Source of the DNA: an uncultured Pseudobdellovibrionaceae bacterium
GTDB taxonomy: Bacteria > Bdellovibrionota > Bdellovibrionia > Bdellovibrionales > UBA1609
Direction of reading: 5' to 3'
DNA: 24,000 nucleotides
NCBI GenBank assembly: GCA_964636785.1
Contig: CAZWVK010000009.1
Location: 1 to 24,000, forward strand
Part shown: in pieces, positions 6,406 to 14,100 of the stretch
How the letters are laid out: every line of letters starts with the position of its first letter
Position numbering within the stretch: the first letter of the stretch is position 1
Notes under the pieces: generated by a model
The model's database searches: none
Seen by the model: only the letters and a program-made list of their open reading frames with translations
What the model was told of the DNA's origin: nothing
Made by a program: the position numbers and the translations under genes

Positions 6406-7890
6406 ATGCCAGCGAAAATCATCTATCTAAGCAAGAGCCGCCTCAAAAGGGGACTGCAGTGTCCAAAGAGTTTGTACTTTACCGTGTTCAAAAGAGAGCT
6501 GGAGCCGAAGGTCACGAGCGCTACTCAGCTTATTTTTGATGAAGGGAATGAAGTGGGGGAGCTCGCGAGAAAGCAGTTTTCCGATGGAATCCTTATAGAT
6601 AACCCACACTGGGATATCAGCGGTGCTGCAGAAGCGACCCAAAATGCTATTCGCTTAGGTGCTGATGTGATCTTTGAGGCTGCGTTCCTGGTAGATGGTC
6701 TGTTTGCGCGCGCCGATATTCTAAGAAGAGACTCGTCTCGAAATGAATGGGAGATCATAGAAATTAAAAAATCAACCAAAGTAAAAGAGGAGCACATCCA
6801 GGATCTTGCAATTCAAGCCCTGGTTCTTGAGAAAGTGGGATTAAAAGTAAAAAGCTATCACTTGATGCACTTGAATTCGGAATGCATATTTCCCAACTTA
6901 GGCAATCTTTTCTGTATTACCGATGTGACCGAGGGAGTCGGAGCATCTTTGCCAGTGCTTAAAAATAAGATTTCCGAGTTAAAAAGTCTTGTCAAAGAAG
7001 CCCGTGAACCGGAAATTGAAATTGGCTCCCATTGCGATGATCCTAATCCTTGTACGTTTCGTGATCACTGTTGGAAGGACTTCCCGAGGCCAAATGTCTT
7101 CGATCTTCCGGGGGTAGGACCCGTTAAAGGTTGGAAGTTGATCGAAGGCGGCCAAACTCTCATTTCCGATCTCGATCCGGAAGATTTCAAAGGAAAGACG
7201 AGAGTTGCGATAGAAGCTATTCAAAAAAAGAAGAGATGGATTGAGCCAATGCCTATCAAGACATTTGTTAAAAACTGGCAGTGGCCATTGTACTTTCTAG
7301 ATTTCGAAACGCTGGCACCAGCGGTCCCTAGATATGCAGGCTGCCGACCTTATTCTGAAATCCCATTTCAGTTTAGTTGTCATGTGTGGCCAACTCCTAA
7401 AAGTGAAGTAGATCACATTGAATATCTCCATCTTACAAAAGAGGATCCGAGGCTAGCTATCGCTGACGCACTAGTTAAAGGCATAGGAGATACCGGATCT
7501 GTCGTGGCTTATAATATGTCCGTAGAGAAGAATATTTTACTCAAACTTTCAGAACTGTTTCCTAAATACAGAAGTAAGCTGAAATCAATTGCTGAGCGGT
7601 TGGTCGATCCACTGCCTGTTTTTCGAAATCATGTGTATGACCCAAACTTTAACGGGAGTTTCAGCATCAAGGATGTGGCACCAGTCTTGGTGGGCGCCAC
7701 GTATGGATATGGTCAACTAGAAGTATCAGACGGAATGTATGCCCGCGCTATGGCGGAAGCGATTATATGCGGTAAAATTAGTGGCAAGGAATCCGAACAA
7801 TTAAAACAGGCGCTATTAGAATATTGTCGACAAGATACCATAGCAATGGTTGCGCTGACTAAATGGATGCTTGATCTAAAAGCTGCGTGA
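6406..7890 (+). CDS. DUF2779-family two-domain nuclease (N-terminal Cas4/RecB-like PD-(D/E)XK domain with Cys cluster, C-terminal DEDD/RNase H-like exonuclease domain)
   Basis: 494 aa. The N terminus YLSKSRLKRGLQCPKSLYF is typical of DUF2779. D...ExK motif (ARADIL...IIEIKKST), followed by a Q-helix IQDLAIQAL. Cys pattern C19...C-x5-C-x5-C (HCDDPNPCTFRDHCW). The C-terminal half has YFLDFET, VVAYNMSVEKNIL and YCRQDTIAM (Exo I/II/III-like). Confidence 0.8.
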   Translation: MPAKIIYLSKSRLKRGLQCPKSLYFTVFKRELEPKVTSATQLIFDEGNEVGELARKQFSDGILIDNPHWDISGAAEATQNAIRLGADVIFEAAFLVDGLFARADILRRDSSRNEWEIIEIKKSTKVKEEHIQDLAIQALVLEKVGLKVKSYHLMHLNSECIFPNLGNLFCITDVTEGVGASLPVLKNKISELKSLVKEAREPEIEIGSHCDDPNPCTFRDHCWKDFPRPNVFDLPGVGPVKGWKLIEGGQTLISDLDPEDFKGKTRVAIEAIQKKKRWIEPMPIKTFVKNWQWPLYFLDFETLAPAVPRYAGCRPYSEIPFQFSCHVWPTPKSEVDHIEYLHLTKEDPRLAIADALVKGIGDTGSVVAYNMSVEKNILLKLSELFPKYRSKLKSIAERLVDPLPVFRNHVYDPNFNGSFSIKDVAPVLVGATYGYGQLEVSDGMYARAMAEAIICGKISGKESEQLKQALLEYCRQDTIAMVALTKWMLDLKAA

Positions 7891-7937
7891 GAAGCGCTTA
7901 GATCAATTCTTAGAAATGTCTAATATCAGAATACTTT

Positions 7938-7957
7938 ATCTATATTCCCATCTATAT
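7938..7957. repeat. Direct repeat ATCTATAT x2 (12-bp period) in the AT-rich intergenic region; possible promoter or operator of the downstream gene
   Basis: ATCTATAT occurs at 7938-7945 and 7950-7957. The first copy can also pair with ATATAGAT (7954-7961). TATATT/TATATA -10-like hexamers lie 30-45 nt upstream of the ATG at 7987. Confidence 0.3.
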
Positions 7958-7986
7958 AGATTCCTAATTCCAACCGATAAAATTAT

Positions 7987-8991
7987 ATGAGCATGAAAAA
8001 ATTAAAAAACCTCCTGGCTGAAGCCACTATCAATAAATTCATTGAGCATATAAAAAGGAAGACAAAATCCGGAATTGAAACCCTTCACGAGAATGGCGAA
8101 AAGGCTTGGTTGGGTAGCGTTGCGGCTATGGGAGACTTTAGCACAGCCTTGAGCCAAACAGATTTCGTATCAAAGTTAAATACCTACTCCTCAGATGTAT
8201 CAAAAGCCATGGATGAGGGTTTCAAAATCGGCAGTGAGCATTTGGAGTCGGGACTAAGTATGACCCCAAATAATCATCGTATTCTGGATGGTGGACACGG
8301 CTTTTTTGAATCCATTTCTAAGGCACAAGAGGTGGGAGAAGCCAATGGCTGGTCTGATCTCGAAACCTTTCAGGTTTGGATCAAGTCCTATTTTACAGAC
8401 TTATCCTCAAATGCCGGAATGCCAGTGTTGGATTCATACACAGATGATGTATACGCCTTTTTGAGAAATATTGGCTTTAGTGACGAGACCGCCCGCGACG
8501 TATTAACGGTGAATGGCCAGGAAGCAATTGAGTGCATACTGGGCGGATCTCTATCTGCAGTAGCTATATTCTTTGCCTGGAAGAAAGACGACAAAGATAA
8601 TTTCTCAAGATCTCTGGGGGCGATGGGAATCGCGAGCGTAGTAAGCCTTAATCCGGTTGTGTTAGCCGTCGTTATAGCAGCTGCGGCTTTGGGGTATACA
8701 ACTCTTGTCTGTCGAAAATCTGCGGGCAAAGGAATGATCGTCAGCTCAGCAGCAATGATCACTAGTGCTTTAATTCCGGGTCCGCTGTTACTCGGAGTAA
8801 TTCCTGCAATTGCAGTCGCCGTTCTAATCAATAAAAAGATGAGTAAAGAGTTCGATCCATCGGCCCACTTGGTTCAGCTTTATAAGAATTTGAGAGATAG
8901 GGAAAAGCGACAGAAGATCCTTGATCACTCAAAACAAATCCTGGAAATCCTGTCCCGTGCCCAAGCGAACCCGGAGTCGAGAGTGGGATAG
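7987..8991 (+). CDS. Hypothetical membrane protein (soluble N-terminal ~185 aa, 3-4 C-terminal TM helices, charged helical tail)
   Basis: 334-aa ORF. Hydrophobic segments are LGGSLSAVAIFFAW, MGIASVVSLNPVVLAVVIAAAALGYTTLV, MIVSSAAMITSALIPGPLLLGVIPAIAVAVLI. I recognise no family motif. No clear SD sequence (start may be ATG 7987 or 7993). Confidence 0.6.
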   Translation: MSMKKLKNLLAEATINKFIEHIKRKTKSGIETLHENGEKAWLGSVAAMGDFSTALSQTDFVSKLNTYSSDVSKAMDEGFKIGSEHLESGLSMTPNNHRILDGGHGFFESISKAQEVGEANGWSDLETFQVWIKSYFTDLSSNAGMPVLDSYTDDVYAFLRNIGFSDETARDVLTVNGQEAIECILGGSLSAVAIFFAWKKDDKDNFSRSLGAMGIASVVSLNPVVLAVVIAAAALGYTTLVCRKSAGKGMIVSSAAMITSALIPGPLLLGVIPAIAVAVLINKKMSKEFDPSAHLVQLYKNLRDREKRQKILDHSKQILEILSRAQANPESRVG

Positions 8992-9081
8992 GCTAGCGTT
9001 TTGCCAAACGCCGTATAACAAATTCATACATTGTCACCGATGCTTGTTTTTTGAGCAAAGCTGTCATACAGCAGCCTGTAA

Positions 9082-9288
9082 ATGAGCAAAACAAAAGCTA
9101 TTAGGCTTACCGATGCCGAGGAACGGCGAATTCAGGAATTCTTGCGCCTCAATCCCTTCTTTGACTTTTCATCTCTGGCTCGAACTGCGATTCTAAAATT
9201 TATAGAAAACCCGGAGCTAATCCTTAGGCCGGTACAAAAATCAAAAAAATCATATCAATCGAGTAGGCAAAAGGAGATATCTTTGTGA
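9082..9288 (+). CDS. Small ribbon-helix-helix (CopG/antitoxin-like) DNA-binding protein
   Basis: 68 aa. KAIRLTDAEERRIQEFL...FSSLARTAILKFI fits the strand-helix-helix pattern of RHH proteins. The stop overlaps the next gene's GTG (GTGA). No obvious SD sequence. Confidence 0.55.
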   Translation: MSKTKAIRLTDAEERRIQEFLRLNPFFDFSSLARTAILKFIENPELILRPVQKSKKSYQSSRQKEISL

Positions 9289-10715
9289 AGAACATTGATA
9301 GTCAGGACAGACTAAACAAAGTCATCCCGTTATTTCGAAACGCTAAGCCAGAGCCGTTTATTGAGAAACTAGCGGTGAGTTCTCCAAAGCCTGGAATAGG
9401 CGCCATCGAACGAGAGATGCGTGAGAAACTCGGTAAGCTAAAGGACTGTCGTTATCCAGATACCTTTGATTGGGGCGTCTATGATCGAATTGCTAAAAGA
9501 TATGGTGAGAATCAGCCTCGGGGCGGTGTGGTTTTTAAGACGACATTCAAGTTAGTCAATCATCATTCAACTTGCAATAAATGCCACCAAGCTTTTGAAA
9601 TCGATAGTTATGGCCGAGGTTGTATTCATAACTGTGTTTACTGTTATGCCAAAGATCAACTGACTACGCACGGGTTCTGGAACCGACCGATGCCGTTTCC
9701 GGTTGATTTGAGTGAAGTCAGAAAAATCATGTATACAGTTTTTGAATCTGATAAGCCTTCAAAGTGGAGAAATATTCTTGCGCGACGGGTGCCACTAAGA
9801 ATTGGCTCCATGAGTGATTCGTTCATGCACATGGACAAAAAGTACGGCGTAACAAAAGAGCTTCTTAAAATCCTAAACTACTACGAATACCCACATATTA
9901 TATTTACGCGATCTGACCTTGTTGCGGATGATGAATATCTGAATATTTTGAACCGTGATCTGGTTTCAGTTCAAATGTCAATGTCTGGAAACAACGAGCA
10001 TCTTCATCGTTTGATCGAGCCAGGTGCGCCCAGCATTCAGCGAAGGCTCACTGCTCTCAAAAAGCTAGCTGAAAATAACTTTTGGACGACAGTAAGAATT
10101 AATCCTATGTTCCCAACCCACCCAGACGGGTACTACACGGATAAAGCTAGTGTAGTCGAACGTTTCGGCAGTCTTGAGAAGGTGCCGACGTTCGACCTCA
10201 TGAATAGTGAGTTTATTGATCAACTGAAAGAAGCCAAAGTACCAAGTTTGCTTGCAGGATTTGTTCGTTTATCCTCAAAAGCGATCAATTCAATGTCCGA
10301 GGTGACGGGCATCGATTTGAGATCTTTTTTCAAACCTGAACACTTGGTGGGGCAGGGTGATAAACATTATTCAGATTCAGAAATTGCATACTATTACTTT
10401 AATTTAAAGAAAGAGACCGCCAAACGGGGTATCCGATTTAATACTTGCTACATAGGCAATGGTCAGAAGGACTTTTATCAGTACCAATCGCTTTGGGATA
10501 ATAAGAAAGACTGCTGCGATGCGGTTGGAAATGTCGGTTCCTTCACTACGACAAGTCAGACGATTCCTTGGGAAGAGCGATTGAAGCATGCGCCCAGTAA
10601 AGAGCATGCATTGAAGTCAAAATCGCAAGAGGAAGAGTACGATGAAAAGTTTGATTTCACGAATTCCATGAGGCGGAGCACTCAAAAAAGCGATTCACCT
10701 GAGGTGCAGGTTTGA
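9285..10715 (+). CDS. Radical SAM protein of the SplB / 'DNA repair photolyase' (COG1533, Rv2578c-like) type
   Basis: 476 aa. CxxxCxxC cluster GCIHNCVYCYAKD (C113/C117/C120, nt 9621-9644). Downstream family pattern RIGSMSDSF...IIFTRSDLVADDEYL...VQMSMS...IEPGAPSIQRRLTALKKLAE...VRINPMFP. GTG start with AAGGAGA 7-8 nt upstream. Confidence 0.85.
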   Translation: MKNIDSQDRLNKVIPLFRNAKPEPFIEKLAVSSPKPGIGAIEREMREKLGKLKDCRYPDTFDWGVYDRIAKRYGENQPRGGVVFKTTFKLVNHHSTCNKCHQAFEIDSYGRGCIHNCVYCYAKDQLTTHGFWNRPMPFPVDLSEVRKIMYTVFESDKPSKWRNILARRVPLRIGSMSDSFMHMDKKYGVTKELLKILNYYEYPHIIFTRSDLVADDEYLNILNRDLVSVQMSMSGNNEHLHRLIEPGAPSIQRRLTALKKLAENNFWTTVRINPMFPTHPDGYYTDKASVVERFGSLEKVPTFDLMNSEFIDQLKEAKVPSLLAGFVRLSSKAINSMSEVTGIDLRSFFKPEHLVGQGDKHYSDSEIAYYYFNLKKETAKRGIRFNTCYIGNGQKDFYQYQSLWDNKKDCCDAVGNVGSFTTTSQTIPWEERLKHAPSKEHALKSKSQEEEYDEKFDFTNSMRRSTQKSDSPEVQV

Positions 10716-11125
10716 AAACCATCCCGGGCATTAATGTGCAGTGGCCATGGAGCGAACTTTTGATCTCAGGAAAAAAAACGGTCGAAACGAGAACGTATCC
10801 ATTGCCAGAAAAGTATATTGGAGTAGAGCTCGCGTTAATTGAAACACCAGGTTCAAAGGGGAAAAAGGAAGCTGGGATCAAAAAGGCGAGAGTAATTGGA
10901 ACAATAACCTTTGGTGAAGCTTTTAAGTATAGAACCGAATCCGAGTGGAAAGGAGATGAGCAGCGACACCTGGTAGACACATCGGACCCACAATTCTCCT
11001 GGAAAAAGAGAAAGCAAAATGTTTGGGGTTGGACGGTAATCAGATTCAAGCGTTTTAAAAGAGCAATTCCCGCGCCCAATAAGCGCGGGATTGTATTTGC
11101 AACCTCTTGTAAAGTTAGTCCCTAA
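10712..11125 (+). CDS. ASCH (PUA-like fold) domain protein
   Basis: 137 aa. N-terminal INVQWPWSELLISGKKTVETRTY matches the ASCH signature (xQPWaxLIxxGxKTxExR). TTG start overlaps the radical-SAM stop (TTGA), with GAGGTG upstream. Confidence 0.7.
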   Translation: MKTIPGINVQWPWSELLISGKKTVETRTYPLPEKYIGVELALIETPGSKGKKEAGIKKARVIGTITFGEAFKYRTESEWKGDEQRHLVDTSDPQFSWKKRKQNVWGWTVIRFKRFKRAIPAPNKRGIVFATSCKVSP

Positions 11126-14100
11126 TTGAAACTCGCTCGCCCATCCATACAACTAAATTTCGATATCCCATCGCCGCGAGAGCAGACTGCATGGTACACC
11201 AGGTCTCCCAGCTTTCTTTAGTCGCCATGATTTCTGGACCATGCACCAAACAGATCACAGTTCCATCGTCCGAGATCGCTATTGGATGAAATGCCTTCTT
11301 TAGATTGTTTAGTGCATTCCCAAGAATCAATGTGCGCGGATCGTCGATTTCATCTAGATCGACGGGTGAAAGTTGATAAAAGATAGTCTGTTTGCTCAGG
11401 CCTAATTCCAGACGTTTTTTGGTTTGATCATCAACTATCGACGGAATAGCGAAGAGTTTCTCTTTCCTTTTAAAAATATCTAGAGGCTCAGCGCTTGAGA
11501 TCATATCTTTTAATATTTCTAAGGGCCCTGTTTGTGAAGGCCAGTGCCCTGGTACCCACATGACTGACCAGCCGCGCTTTGCTAAAAAGTTTCGCTTTTC
11601 TATGTCTGCCAGGAATTTCTCTCGATGATGTTCCCAGCCATCGACGAATAGTTGAAGTTTCCGTCTGCCGCTTTCAATCTGGAAATCCGAGACCGTTACA
11701 AGTCCTTCAGAAGGATCTCGAAATTCCTGTTGAGTTTTATATTGAATTTTAGCCTCTTTAAGCCATTTACTAAAAAGTGTCTCGGCACCGCTTCGTTCGT
11801 CGGTCTGTTGCCCAAGGCCGATGTCGATCGCTTTCCAATTCCCAGTCTTAAGAGCTTCAAACAGGATCGGCTTCCCATCTATAAGAAATACGGATTTGTC
11901 AATATGGGCATGATCCCACTGGTTGTCATAGCTTTTGAGACAGCGATAACAGCCTTTTTCACAACAGCTTTTACTGATTAGCGATGTACACTCGTCAAGG
12001 ATTTGATCCCAGTAGGTTTCGATCATTGGAATAATGCCGCTGCCCCCACGTTCTGTGTCCAGTATGAGAATTTCAAGCGAGCTTACTTGGGGATCTTGTC
12101 CATTGGCAGTAGGTGCCATTATACGACGTTCAGTAATCTCTAAGTGGTTTGCACGCTTATTGAGACGCAAAACTTTCTGGGTGGCTCGTTCAAATGTGGC
12201 TGCAAGTGTCTTGTAGAAAATATTGTGAGCTTCGGTATGGCCATCAGGTAATCCTTGCACCCATTGGTTGTACCGGGCTGAAGAAATTGGAAGACGTAGG
12301 CGTATTCCCGGGCAATCAGTTTGAACCGCAGGGAAGAAGGGGCGCCACTGTGCCCTTGTCGCCGCTGGCGGCGGATTTAGTCTTACACCGAACGATGAAC
12401 TTTCAGATTTTTCACGCCAGAGGGCGGTTTGTGAATTGCCTGAGACTGCAGAGTCTCTTCGGTGTATGATTTGTAGTACCCGAAAGCTGTTTTCTCTACT
12501 CATATGAAAGTGCATTTGTATGCTTTGGTCTGTAGTGAGGGCCTTTGAACTATCATTGTTTGGAGCGCCGATAAGTTTTAGATCAGCTGTGAAATAGTTC
12601 ATCTCTCGGCGGCTTGTAGAATCTGAAATGACATTTCTCTGGGAGCCATGAGCTTCACGTATTTCTATGAGTTCTGGCCTCACACTGTCACCATCTTCTC
12701 CAGCGCGTATTACAGGGCTCTGACATGATGGGCATTCTTCTGAACCTGGAGGTATAAGTTCGGTGCATGTATTGGAACAAACGCCCCAGCCGGTAGTTGT
12801 TAAATTCGCATTTTGGGCGCTGATGTACCTTTCCACTTCATAAATCCAACCGTGACCATATATTTTCTGCTCAGGTGCAAATTCACGTAGTGCTACAGTG
12901 GCGGACCGGTCATATTTTAATAGGTCCATATATTTATTTTCCGAGTTCCCATAATTTACTCTGACACCCCTGAATCTAGTTACCCTTCCAGGAAAATCAA
13001 AATTAGGTAGAAAGCCGCTAGCCGCCATATCACTTATAGGTTGTGGTTTGTCAAAATTGCGGCCAATCCCAAGATATAATTTCGAAAAATATAGCGCCCT
13101 AGAGAGCGCACGCTCAAGACCTTTTCGCTCATCTTCATTCATCCGGAGTCTTTCAAGGCCACTTTTTGAACCCAGAGTTTCAACTTCATTTAAATAAATA
13201 TCGAGCAATGCTAAATACCCATTCAGCTCAGAAGCGAAAGTGTCTGGCCAACTTGTAATGTCAGCCTTTTGGCGGAGTTCTGAGGCTAAGGTATTTACTG
13301 CTTCGGACTTTAACGATGGTTTCCAAAGATGAGTCGAAGTCAGGTTTATAAAGTCATCTATCATTGACTGAATTAAATTTTTTCGCGATTCATAAATTTC
13401 TCGCCAATTCTGAGGTGCGGTGGGAAGTCCGGCGATTTCATCTCCCAATAACGCTTTGGCCTTCTGAAAATGGTTACTTAGATCGACTAACTTGTCCCAC
13501 CTTGAAAGCTCAATCGAAGGGACGCCGTCTATTGGTAACCCCATGGCCTCCAGGATAAGACCATTCAGGTGCCTGGCTATGATAAACGTATTTTCAATTG
13601 GCATACCCGGCGGTAAAATTTCACCGGAGGCCATATCTATCGGATTTTCAAAGAAAGTCATATCGTGGCTACTAAAACCACAATATGTAAATATCATTGC
13701 ACGCTTAGGCCCACGGCCGGCTCGACCCGCACGCTGGGCATAATTGCTTGCGTCAGGGGGAACAGAGCGATGAATTACCGTGGGCAGATCGGGTAAGTCG
13801 ACCCCCATTTCAAGAGTAGGCGTCGCAACAAGTGTATTAATTTGGCCCTTTACAAATTTGTTTACTGCTTCATTTTGATCTGCGGCGCCAATCATTCCAT
13901 TGTGCTCTCTTGCTGATACCAATCGCGCCTCTGACGAAAGTGGTTGATGATAGAGCTTTCTGTAATACTCATGTGGGGGATTTATAACTTGTTTCCAAGT
14001 GTCCCCAGGTTTTTTGCCAGTCATTGCTCCTTCAAAGTCATGTCGAAAAGCTGAAACGCGCCACGCACCCGTATAGGCTGACCGCCATAACTTCGGATTT

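Noticed and set aside
8996-9011. Hairpin GCGTTT-TGCC-AAACGC after the 334-aa gene as a terminator
   Set aside because: The stem is only 6 bp and no T-tract follows, so this is too weak to call.
9285-10715. Prokaryotic viperin (pVip) assignment for the radical-SAM protein
   Set aside because: The Cys-motif context (GCIHNCVYCYAKD at residue ~113), the 476-aa length, and the downstream TRSDL / EPGAPS / INPMFP pattern fit the SplB/COG1533 family rather than viperins. No nucleotide-kinase partner is present.
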